IMG/VR virus record: IMGVR_UViG_3300001528_000120 | Location: 1 to 48,306 of that record | Reading direction: 5' to 3' (one strand) | DNA from: a virus | Length of the DNA stretch: 48,306 bases | Shown: piece after piece, positions 1-7,103 of the stretch | How the letters are laid out: each line of letters starts with the position of its first letter | Position numbering within the stretch: position 1 is the first letter of the stretch | Program-made: the position numbers and the translations under genes | Notes under the pieces: generated by a model | The model's database searches: none | The model's input: only the letters and a program-made list of their open reading frames with translations | What the model was told of the DNA's origin: nothing

Positions 1-75
1 GGCTTGCTTGCTTTGTGTGTATACTACGTGTATACTGGCGGGCTATGAATACACGTTGGAGAAGTGCACCGCCAA
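1..75. repeat. Terminal overlap identical to 48232-48306 (circular closure of a complete ~48.23 kb genome, or a short direct terminal repeat)
   Basis: The first 75 nt (ggcttgcttgctttgtgtgtatactacg...gaagtgcaccgccaa) recur exactly as the last 75 nt of the window. Confidence 0.95.
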
Positions 76-635
76 TTGTGCGTCAAGTGGTGACGCGACT
101 ATATCATGCATTGACTGATAACGGGTTGTATAGAGCAGTAGGTCAATGAACCTGAGTCAGTGACTAACGGTCAATGAGTATCTACCAAACAATGGTGGTG
201 GTTGATGGTAGGTGGCATGGAGCAGTAGCAAGCGATGCAGGCGGGGCGGGCTGTTTGATCCAGTAACACTGCTGACTGCATCGGGCGCGCATTCAATGCA
301 GTAGCGGCAGTTACTTAGCTTCTTGTCATTGACAGAGTTTATTTATTACTTATATTACTTACATATATATTATAGTAATATAGCTATTATTTGGCAAGGA
401 CTAATATTAAAATTTTTTAAATATTTTTTATTGAATGGATTTTACTACTAGATATAGTGTATATGAATATGGATATATACTAGATATAGAGGTATAGGTG
501 CATACAATGTAGTATTGGAAACTATATTAGTATAGGTAGTAGTTACCAAACTATGAATGGTTATGGTGACGTGTATGAGGTGAAATAATATATAGCCGCG
601 CTGAGATCGGTTGTATAGTGATTTGAGGGTATCGG

Positions 636-658
636 GGTATAGGGATATAGGGTATAGG
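636..658. repeat. Tandem GGTATAGG-type 8-bp boxes (x3) inside a gene-free, repeat-dense region
   Basis: ggggtatagggatatagggtatagg. Further GTATAGG copies at 492-498 and 530-536. TATAGCC boxes at 591, 690 and 775, inverted at 804. Confidence 0.6.
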
Positions 659-880
659 AACAAGGGCATAATGGGCGCATATGAGCGTGTATAGCCGCCC
701 GCTAAAACCAACAAAAATAGTGGTGGTGGCAGGCGCTTTCTTGTTGCATTGCGTGCATGGTGCATAGGCGGCTTTATAGCCGTTTTAAGGCATCGCATAA
801 GAGGGCTATATAAGAGTACGATCAGCGATTAAAAACGCTGTACAGGGCGAAAACGAGAGCGTAAAAAAGGGCATAAAAAA

Positions 881-901
881 AGAGGGCTATTGAAGCCCTC
901 T
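881..901 (-). terminator. Rho-independent, bidirectional-looking terminator ending the minus-strand accessory operon
   Basis: 8-bp stem AGAGGGCT/AGCCCTCT with 5-nt loop. A-run 874-880 gives a U-run on the minus strand; T-run 901-904 on plus. Lies about 120 nt past the stop at 1024. Confidence 0.75.
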
Positions 902-1023
902 TTTAAGTTATACGGGATAATAGCCCATCAAGCCGTTGCCCGCGTCAACGTCCCCTTCTCAGTTGTCCAGATACCGCCCGATTTGAACGCATACCGCGAT
1001 AAATACAGCAAGATATACAGCAA

Positions 1024-1404
1024 TCACTCGTTAGCACCTCTTTCCATTTCTATGCGGCTCTCAACGTCTGCGGGATCTGAGGTATTTGCATACGTTAGAT
1101 ATACGTCAACCCATGCGCCCACGTCATACTTGCCAGCGGGGAACTTGATATATCCCCCGCATGGCTCACTCGGTGTATTAGTCACAACGGCATTACCAGC
1201 GTTGTCTAATACAGTACACGTCAAGTGTTCTACCACGACATACTTGTTATAGCGGTTGTCTAGTTCTTCCGTGGTCAGCTGGTCACTCTCTACCACGTGT
1301 ACAGCGGGTGCCTTGTCAGTGCTGTTGTAATGCATCGCCGCCGTGAGAATTACACCGCCTAAAGCTAAACCCGCCATAATAGCCGATATAGTACGCATTT
1401 TCAT
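1024..1404 (-). CDS. Hypothetical membrane-anchored protein
   Basis: 126-aa ORF with N-terminal hydrophobic anchor ISAIMAGLALGGVILTAA. ATGA start/stop overlap with the upstream gene at 1401-1404. Confidence 0.6.
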   Translation of the reverse strand: MKMRTISAIMAGLALGGVILTAAMHYNSTDKAPAVHVVESDQLTTEELDNRYNKYVVVEHLTCTVLDNAGNAVVTNTPSEPCGGYIKFPAGKYDVGAWVDVYLTYANTSDPADVESRIEMERGANE

Positions 1405-1952
1405 AATTCACAGCCTGCTTTCTCGATTTCCTGCAAAATCGGTGTAACCTTGTTTCTGATCCACGCCGGAACGTCATTGCGCTCTAACTGGTATATGTCA
1501 TTGTTACCATTAAGTAACAATACATCATCGTACCCAAAACAATTTGACGGGGTGTTACAGCGGGCAAACGTGTATTTGCCCGCCATACCAACGTAAAACC
1601 GATATGTTTCACCTTGATACCGTCTGACACCCACACAAAACGGTTTTCCGGTGTCAATGAAACGTCCGTTATACCCGTACAACCGATAATCAGGTACAAA
1701 ACCAACGAATTTATATGCAAAATGCAATTCAGCGTATAACCGCGCGTTTCTCAGAGCAGCCGCCATTGTGCTATAGTCACATGGAGCATTCAGAATCCCT
1801 TTTTTATACGCTTTTGTGCAACTAAACACATACCTGTTTCTATGCCGAAAATAGGCATCTTCCGCGATATAATAGCGGTTATCCTCACAATTATAGTGCA
1901 CTCCCACCAAAACGGCGGGGTCTGTTTCACGGTCAAAAAATCGGCTTGCCAT
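1401..1952 (-). CDS. Hypothetical protein
   Basis: 183-aa ORF tightly packed between neighbouring genes. No motif recognised. Confidence 0.6.
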   Translation of the reverse strand: MASRFFDRETDPAVLVGVHYNCEDNRYYIAEDAYFRHRNRYVFSCTKAYKKGILNAPCDYSTMAAALRNARLYAELHFAYKFVGFVPDYRLYGYNGRFIDTGKPFCVGVRRYQGETYRFYVGMAGKYTFARCNTPSNCFGYDDVLLLNGNNDIYQLERNDVPAWIRNKVTPILQEIEKAGCEL

Positions 1953-1953
1953 C

Positions 1954-2316
1954 TTATTCCCATCCTTTCAAATACACGATTTCCCCCGCGTCAATCGCGG
2001 CGCGAATGTTTTGTGCACCGGTACGTTTGCCATGTGCATTGATAACGCTTGCCAACGTGGTATAATTGCGGATAAACTGCCAAAGATATTTTTGAGTGGT
2101 TACGCTGTAATCCCAATTAAGCCCCAAAATTAATGTACGGGTGGCAAGGTCAAACGCCGCGATTCTGACATTATACGACTGGAAAACATATGCGCCGTTC
2201 ACGTGGGAAACGTACTGATTCGCAACAGGGTTGCCTGTTCTACCTCTCATCGGGTAAACGGTAGGTGTAGTAGTTGTGATTTCTCGTATCATAGTCTCGT
2301 ACTCTCTGTTAGTCAT
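1954..2316 (-). CDS. Hypothetical protein
   Basis: 120-aa ORF with AGAGG ribosome-binding site upstream of the ATG at 2316. First gene after the 2317-2854 regulatory gap. Confidence 0.6.
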   Translation of the reverse strand: MTNREYETMIREITTTTPTVYPMRGRTGNPVANQYVSHVNGAYVFQSYNVRIAAFDLATRTLILGLNWDYSVTTQKYLWQFIRNYTTLASVINAHGKRTGAQNIRAAIDAGEIVYLKGWE

Positions 2317-2452
2317 CTTGTAAAACCTCTTTCTAAAAAACCAAAACTTTTCTTTTTTCTCGTTCCAACATTCTTAGTTACAAGCTCTAAGTGCTCCGCG
2401 ATGTCTTTCTTTATTGTGCCTATATCATACACCCACGCTACACACAAATCTA

Positions 2453-2481
2453 TTGACAAAATAGACAAACTCACGTAAAAT
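2453..2481 (+). promoter_or_regulatory. SigA-type promoter on the plus strand (TTGACA-N17-TAAAAT)
   Basis: TTGACA at 2453-2458, 17-nt spacer, TAAAAT at 2476-2481. Points away from all neighbouring genes. Confidence 0.5.
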
Positions 2482-2521
2482 ATACGACTATTTTTCTACC
2501 CTTCCAAAACAAAGGTTTTTC

Positions 2522-2550
2522 TTGACAGCGGCGGCTGTTTGTGGTATAAT
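2522..2550 (+). promoter_or_regulatory. Perfect-consensus SigA promoter with extended -10, on the plus strand
   Basis: TTGACA 2522-2527, 17-nt spacer, TGgTATAAT 2542-2550. No plus-strand gene lies downstream. Confidence 0.65.
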
Positions 2551-2583
2551 CGCGCGTTCATTTATGTATTAAGGGAAGGTTTC

Positions 2584-2598
2584 TTTGTCATTGACAAA
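2584..2598. promoter_or_regulatory. 15-bp palindrome TTTGTCA-T-TGACAAA (operator candidate) about 30 nt downstream of the consensus promoter
   Basis: tttgtcattgacaaa is its own reverse complement except for the centre base. The 12-mer ttgtcattgaca recurs at 323-334. Confidence 0.5.
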
Positions 2599-2641
2599 AA
2601 ACCTGTGTCATCACCAAACAATAGTATTTTCAGTTTTCAAT

Positions 2642-2734
2642 TTGCAACTTGCATTTTTGAATTTGCAATTTGCAATTTGCAGTTTGCATTTTCGCATTTG
2701 CATGTGATTTTGTATTTGCAGTTTTTCGTTTGCA
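2642..2734. repeat. Degenerate heptad array (ATTTGCA)n
   Basis: TTGCA starts at 2642, 2649, 2663, 2669, 2677, 2684, 2698, 2716 and 2730, with spacings that are mostly 7 or 14 nt. Confidence 0.8.
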
Positions 2735-2854
2735 GTCCAGATGCCTGCGGCAGCTCTACCAAAACATAGAAAAAGAGCCTGCGCTTTCCCTTACGCAGAC
2801 CCTTCTCCTAAATTAAGTGCTGTCCATATACGCTGATTTCTTGCTTACGTCCGA

Positions 2855-3181
2855 TTATCTGACTGAACCATCATGGATAATCGTGGTCGAATGTTCCATA
2901 TACACCACCTCCCCGTCATCATAGTCAATCACTGCGTGGTTCACAGTGTTATCGGTTTCAAAGTGCGTTACCAAAGTATGATCTACCAAAACAAATGCTC
3001 CTCTCCGGCGTGGGTTGTTGCACAGCACCCCTATGCACAGTGCACAGTATCCTGCACAGACCCCTTGCACATTACACGGGCGCGTCTGCACAGTGCTGCG
3101 CTTCCCAGAGTCGCTTGAAGTGTTCATAGTACCGTTTGTTGTTTCGTCTGCGCCGCTGGCGTTCTTCCCTCTCAATGGCAT
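2855..3181 (-). CDS. Hypothetical protein, start uncertain (a TTG at 2989 behind GGAGAGGAG would give only 44 aa)
   Basis: 108-aa ORF. Its 5' part overlaps the 3072-3248 ORF and the TGCACAG repeat cluster. Confidence 0.3.
   Translation of the reverse strand: MPLRGKNASGADETTNGTMNTSSDSGKRSTVQTRPCNVQGVCAGYCALCIGVLCNNPRRRGAFVLVDHTLVTHFETDNTVNHAVIDYDDGEVVYMEHSTTIIHDGSVR
3019..3093. repeat. Cluster of six TGCACA(G/T) boxes
   Basis: Boxes at 3019, 3034, 3041, 3053, 3066 and 3087, all in the same orientation. Confidence 0.7.
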
Positions 3182-3248
3182 CGAAACGTGCCTGCGAGAA
3201 GTTCTTGCGGGTAGGAGCGTATCGCTGCTGCTTGCTGCAAATAACCAT
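3072..3248 (-). CDS. Small basic hypothetical protein
   Basis: ATG at 3248 sits 5 nt after AGGTG and directly follows the TGA of the upstream gene. Arg-rich stretch EREERQRRRRNNKR. Confidence 0.45.
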   Translation of the reverse strand: MVICSKQQRYAPTRKNFSQARFDAIEREERQRRRRNNKRYYEHFKRLWEAQHCADAPV

Positions 3249-3256
3249 GTTACACC

Positions 3257-4513
3257 TCACTCGTTCAGTATGATTACATAGTGTGGGTCAACGTAGGTTT
3301 CCTTACCGCGATATTTCACCCTAAAAGCATCCCCGCCAAGCCAATTGTCGCGCTCTACTGCTTCACAAAATTCGCCTGCTCTCGCACGTTCTCCCAAAAC
3401 TTCCCGCTCGGAGATATGCTCGTGCGAGATACCTTCATTAAAGACGTATACTGTTTCACCAACGAAGGGTTCTCTCTGTTGTCCCAAAGGTCTTACTCGC
3501 TCTTCTCTGTAGAGACGGCTTACCTCAACCTTACCATCGACACCATTGATTAGAACATAGTTCATCCACGGACAAGAGTTCATCGGCTTGACGTCGGTGA
3601 CAATGCCCCGTGTACGCCAGCCATTGTCGAGTGCTTCTACCATATCACCAACCTTTATTCGGTTGTCGGCATTGACACTTCCTGAAAACTTGTCGGCAGT
3701 CAATTTACCATGATTACCTCGTGTGGTTTCAAACTCAACCTCGTTATCACCGTGATAGTAGTCTTTGATTACTCTTACGAAGCAACCGTTCTTACTGGTA
3801 ATAAGGATGTCACCTTTGCGCCACAGCGGTTTTTTGAGCTTACGCTTGCCGCGTTCCAAGCTGGACGCTGGGACTAACGCTACCACGTTACCCCACTTCA
3901 CAGTGACGTTCTTTCCGTTTGGGGACACGTCCTTAACTGTGCCAGATGTGTCAAAGATGACGTTCATAGCCGTGGCACTACCACCATAGTCAAGGAACAA
4001 CGGGAGTGGCGCACCCTTCTTGAGCTTGACCACATCACCGACCTTGTAGGATGAACGTTCCGCAACCTGCTTCTCATGCTTTTCGCACAACCGATCAAGG
4101 GCAATCGCTACGCCCTTACCAGCGTTCCACTCATCGTTTGGGTGGCACTGAGCGATTGTCGTGCACACCACATTACCAGCGGTGTCAACGAGCGATGCGG
4201 TGGTCTTGTTATCAGCGAAGGTAAATCGTAACTCACACGGTGTCTGGACTTCGTTCTTTGGCGGTTCGTTGCTTAAGCGTTTAACGCAATCGACATCGCA
4301 CCAAAGACCATCTAAACAGTCATGTACGTCAACAGTGTTCCTCGGCGGGTTATCGAGCCGTACCCGTAACGCTCCCATGCTGTTCACTTCGCTTGTTACT
4401 GTCCCTAACGAGCCTTTCCATCGGTGGTCGTATTTATATCCCTTGATTCCGTTGGACGTAACCTTCACTCTGTCGTTGACTTTGAACATCATAACAAAAA
4501 ACCTTTCTGCCAT
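3257..4513 (-). CDS. Hypothetical protein with four to five SH3/KOW-like (K/R)xGDxV modules
   Basis: GGAGG ribosome-binding site before the ATG at 4513 (MAERFF). Repeats KVNDRVKV, YKVGDVVKL, WRKGDILIT and IKVGDMVEA. The longer ORF to 4606 would cover its own promoter module. Confidence 0.65.
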   Translation of the reverse strand: MAERFFVMMFKVNDRVKVTSNGIKGYKYDHRWKGSLGTVTSEVNSMGALRVRLDNPPRNTVDVHDCLDGLWCDVDCVKRLSNEPPKNEVQTPCELRFTFADNKTTASLVDTAGNVVCTTIAQCHPNDEWNAGKGVAIALDRLCEKHEKQVAERSSYKVGDVVKLKKGAPLPLFLDYGGSATAMNVIFDTSGTVKDVSPNGKNVTVKWGNVVALVPASSLERGKRKLKKPLWRKGDILITSKNGCFVRVIKDYYHGDNEVEFETTRGNHGKLTADKFSGSVNADNRIKVGDMVEALDNGWRTRGIVTDVKPMNSCPWMNYVLINGVDGKVEVSRLYREERVRPLGQQREPFVGETVYVFNEGISHEHISEREVLGERARAGEFCEAVERDNWLGGDAFRVKYRGKETYVDPHYVIILNE

Positions 4514-4561
4514 CGTAACCTCCGTGGCGGGCACGCCTGTTTGTTTCTTTTCGATGTAAAC

Positions 4562-4607
4562 ATTATACTGCCATAATGACGTGGTGTCTATTGGCAGATT
4601 CACCAAA
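4562..4607 (-). promoter_or_regulatory. Conserved 46-nt promoter module, copy P5
   Basis: Minus strand: TTTGGTGAATCTGCCAAT-AGACAC-N16-TATAAT. Aligns without gaps to modules P1-P4. Confidence 0.55.
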
Positions 4608-4626
4608 AAATAGGTGGTGGTTTTGG

Positions 4627-4863
4627 TTAATCTTTCAGTGCTGATTTCAGTAATTTACCAAACATTACGGTAAATACTGTACCACAGCATACAGTGCCCA
4701 AGCCGTATAACCAAACATTGCTTGCATCGTGGTCTCTGATCGCAATAATGAGCTGCGCCATTGACGCTGTGCAACCAACAAAGGTTGCGGTCATGAGTGT
4801 TGCCGCACCAACGAAAATGGCGATTACCAGCAAGACCACCAAAACACGTTTCTTAATGCTCAT
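4627..4863 (-). CDS. Small membrane protein (2 TM)
   Basis: AGGAGG ribosome-binding site before the ATG at 4863 (MSIKKRVLVVLLVIAIFVGAA...). Two hydrophobic segments. Confidence 0.6.
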   Translation of the reverse strand: MSIKKRVLVVLLVIAIFVGAATLMTATFVGCTASMAQLIIAIRDHDASNVWLYGLGTVCCGTVFTVMFGKLLKSALKD

Positions 4864-5125
4864 TGTCAGTGTCCTCCTTTTCATCATAAGCATCGTCTAC
4901 CACAAAAAAGGTGAGGGTAAGTTTCTTGTTTGACAGTACGCCTACCAACAGCCTCATGCCAGCAAAGAAGTTGTAGCCGCCTACCAGCAAGCACGCTGCG
5001 CCAAACATGTTTACCAAAAAATTGGTGGAGAGCAGCTCGTTGAAGCCCGCCGCGAACAAGTAGCAACCAACGACTACCACGAAAATTGATCCGACGGCGG
5101 CGAGAAATCGCTTGAATTTTTCCAT
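4853..5125 (-). CDS. Small membrane protein (about 3 TM)
   Basis: GGAGG ribosome-binding site 8 nt before the ATG at 5125 (MEKFKRFLAAVGSIFVVVVGCYLF...). Confidence 0.6.
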   Translation of the reverse strand: MEKFKRFLAAVGSIFVVVVGCYLFAAGFNELLSTNFLVNMFGAACLLVGGYNFFAGMRLLVGVLSNKKLTLTFFVVDDAYDEKEDTDNEH

Positions 5126-5208
5126 AAAAAGTACCTCCGTTTGGTAACAAATTGTTACCTTTAGTTCATTCACAAAAAGTTTACAAGTTTACAGAAAATT
5201 TACACTTT

Positions 5209-5657
5209 CAGTAATATGCACAAACTCCTTTCATCTGCTATAAAGTTTTTTGGAAGGTGTCACGCACTTTGTCACGCATTTCTATTAAATGAAAGGTGCT
5301 GTGACAAAGTATGTGACACCCATTTGGCTATATATTAGCGCGTAGGGTGTGCTATTTTCGTAGCATTTGGGAAAAGTGTCACAGCGTCACGTACTTTTTC
5401 CTTATATCTTTTATATAAACTTGAAAGAGTTGCAGCAACATTGCTTTATATATAGAAAAGTTTTTTATATAAAAAGTACGTGACACTTGTGACACCCTTG
5501 CTGTAACTCATCAAATTTGTTAAGGAAAATGAGCTGAAATGCTGTGAAATAGCGGTTAAGTGGGGTTAAAAGTTCAAATCGAGGTGTCACGTACTTTTCC
5601 AAAAGTGTGTGACACTTGGGAAAAGTGTGTGACAAGCTCAAAAAGTGTGTGACAGGG
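5209..5657. repeat. Array A: GTGACA-box iteron/operator array with AT-rich quasi-palindrome; inverted homologue of 21489-21950
   Basis: AAAAGTGTGTGACA occurs verbatim at 5601, 5621 and 5641, with an inverted copy at 5584-5597. Nested box palindromes at 5257-5319 and 5376-5495. No credible ORF. Confidence 0.85.
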
Positions 5658-5659
5658 TG

Positions 5660-5866
5660 TTATTTACTGTGCTGGTCAGACCCACTGTACTGGTCGGAAT
5701 GACTGGGGTAGTCCATCCACAGCTGAAATTTGACGCAACAATCGAAACACATGTCTACATTGTCGTGGTCTAAAGCGTGGTAGGCGTTCTGGTAATACTT
5801 TTCGAGAAGGTTAAAATTGAGACCGGTGAACGTCTTACCACAACGGTCACAGATAAACGCTTTCAT
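5660..5866 (-). CDS. Small zinc-ribbon protein
   Basis: AGGAGG ribosome-binding site before the ATG at 5866 (MKAFICDRCGK...CFDCC). Two CxxC pairs. Confidence 0.6.
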   Translation of the reverse strand: MKAFICDRCGKTFTGLNFNLLEKYYQNAYHALDHDNVDMCFDCCVKFQLWMDYPSHSDQYSGSDQHSK

Positions 5867-5939
5867 GTTCAATCCTCCTGATACTCTGTCGGAGCGGGTT
5901 TGTTTCAGCATTCCTCGCAACTCTGGTTACTGTCGCATT

Positions 5940-6125
5940 CTATGTTGTCAACGCCAAAAACGTTTCGGACACAGGTACTTGGCTCTCCGCAGGGGTCGCG
6001 CCGTGCGTCCGGAAACTTTTCCAAGTAAACTTCCATTCGGGTTTTCGGCTTCTTAACAGACCAATACCGTGGCAATGCTCTTTTATAGTTACAACGGCAT
6101 TCCAAAGGTCTTTCTTGTTACTCAT
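5940..6125 (-). CDS. Hypothetical small protein; the alternative frame 5905-6105 cannot be excluded
   Basis: ATGA coupling with the upstream 52-aa ORF at 6122-6125 (MSNKKDLWNAV...). Confidence 0.35.
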   Translation of the reverse strand: MSNKKDLWNAVVTIKEHCHGIGLLRSRKPEWKFTWKSFRTHGATPAESQVPVSETFLALTT

Positions 6126-6280
6126 TTGTTTCTCCCTTCCAGTAATGCGCCACCCATAGCGAGCAGCAGGACTCCTACAATACAAGCGGCTACTGTACCA
6201 AGCGTGGAGTACACCCACGCGATAATCGCTGATACGAAACCAACGATAGCCAAGAACACAAGTAAAACTACCAAGCACAT
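6122..6280 (-). CDS. 52-aa two-TM membrane protein, below the ORF-track size cut-off
   Basis: AGGAGG then ATG at 6280. Translation: MCLVVLLVFLAIVGFVSAIIAWVYSTLGTVAACIVGVLLLAMGGALLEGRNK. First gene after promoter module P4. Confidence 0.55.
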   Translation of the reverse strand: MCLVVLLVFLAIVGFVSAIIAWVYSTLGTVAACIVGVLLLAMGGALLEGRNK

Positions 6281-6310
6281 ACTGTGCACCTCCTTTGTTA
6301 TGTTGGCACT

Positions 6311-6356
6311 ATTCTACCACTTTGGGAAAGCGGTTTCTATTCGCAAAACCACCAAA
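6311..6356 (-). promoter_or_regulatory. Conserved 46-nt promoter module, copy P4
   Basis: Minus strand: TTTGGTGGTTTTGCGAAT-AGAAAC-N16-TAGAAT, with TGg giving an extended -10. Confidence 0.55.
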
Positions 6357-6420
6357 CATGAACTGGTTTATTTGGTAATGTTACCCTCTCCACCAAAACA
6401 TTGGCAGAGAGGGCTAGGTC

Positions 6421-6660
6421 TCAGGTAAACAGGGCGATGAAAGCCGTCACACACGCTACGAAGCACATTACTTTCAAGAAAGTAATCTCGGCAACAGCTT
6501 CCCGCAACTCTTCCATCTCGTGTGCCCAGTCACCAGTGCGAGTTACTTTGTACGCGGTACAGTTACGGATTTCTCCTACCTCTGTACCATCGCACGTGCT
6601 GTTCCAATAATTCTGGCAGGTATCACACTTCAAATACGGGGTCTCATCAAACCTGTTCAT
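6421..6660 (-). CDS. Cys-rich protein with C-terminal TM anchor
   Basis: AGGAGG before the ATG at 6660 (MNRFDETPYLKCDTCQNYWNSTCDG...). C-terminal hydrophobic tail VMCFVACVTAFIALF. Confidence 0.5.
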   Translation of the reverse strand: MNRFDETPYLKCDTCQNYWNSTCDGTEVGEIRNCTAYKVTRTGDWAHEMEELREAVAEITFLKVMCFVACVTAFIALFT

Positions 6661-6823
6661 ACGCGCCCCTCCTGTCCACTGGAAGAAAGTGTTTGGCGGC
6701 TTTACGCACCCACGCATGGTTGGCACGGTCGTAGACCAAAAACAGTGGTGCACCGTTGCTGTCGTAGCTTACGTCAAACACAGTCACTTTACACCAGCTT
6801 GATTTCCACATTACATTAAACAT
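6647..6823 (-). CDS. Hypothetical small protein
   Basis: ATG at 6823 behind GAGGGGG (MFNVMWKSSWCKV...). Short overlaps with both neighbouring genes. Confidence 0.45.
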   Translation of the reverse strand: MFNVMWKSSWCKVTVFDVSYDSNGAPLFLVYDRANHAWVRKAAKHFLPVDRRGAYEQV

Positions 6824-7103
6824 GCTTGCCAAACCCCCTCTCACGAGCACGGGCAGCCAGCTCGGCTCTCTGCTCGTCTGTAAGCTGGCGTGGACGGCGT
6901 ACTTTAACCCACTTCTTCGGTACTTCAAACGTGAGACCGCCATTGAGGTTATCTTCCAAAGCAATACACTTACTCTGCGGGTCACTTGCCAGTTCCCGAA
7001 GGTAATTTGACATCTTACGGTTATAGGTAAAGACACGCGCTGTAGAGTCTTGCTCGTTGAAGCAAATGATGGTCTCTCGCTCTTGGTTGGTAAGGTACGG
7101 CAT
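6816..7103 (-). CDS. Hypothetical protein
   Basis: 95-aa ORF MPYLTNQERETIICFNEQ... tightly coupled to its neighbours. Confidence 0.6.
   Translation of the reverse strand: MPYLTNQERETIICFNEQDSTARVFTYNRKMSNYLRELASDPQSKCIALEDNLNGGLTFEVPKKWVKVRRPRQLTDEQRAELAARARERGFGKHV

Noticed and set aside
1-75. Treating the 75-nt terminal identity as a proven biological direct terminal repeat or cos site
   Set aside because: An exact overlap of this length is what assemblers leave on circular or permuted genomes. The physical ends cannot be inferred from this sequence alone.
448-798. 116-aa minus-strand ORF in the terminal non-coding region
   Set aside because: Its low-complexity translation (YIHIHIHYI, PLFLYPISLYP) is generated by the GTATAGG/TATA repeats. 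It has no ribosome-binding site.
2539-2769. 76-aa plus-strand ORF downstream of the consensus promoter
   Set aside because: It begins inside the promoter at a non-ATG codon. Its sequence (FQFATCIFEFAICNLQFAF) is simply the heptad repeat read in frame. A non-coding role is more likely, although a short peptide cannot be excluded.
5581-5657. Possible CRISPR-like array (regular 20-bp periodicity)
   Set aside because: The repeat is only 14 bp with 6-bp spacers, there are only three units, and an inverted copy lies alongside. That matches iteron/operator geometry, not CRISPR. No cas genes are present.
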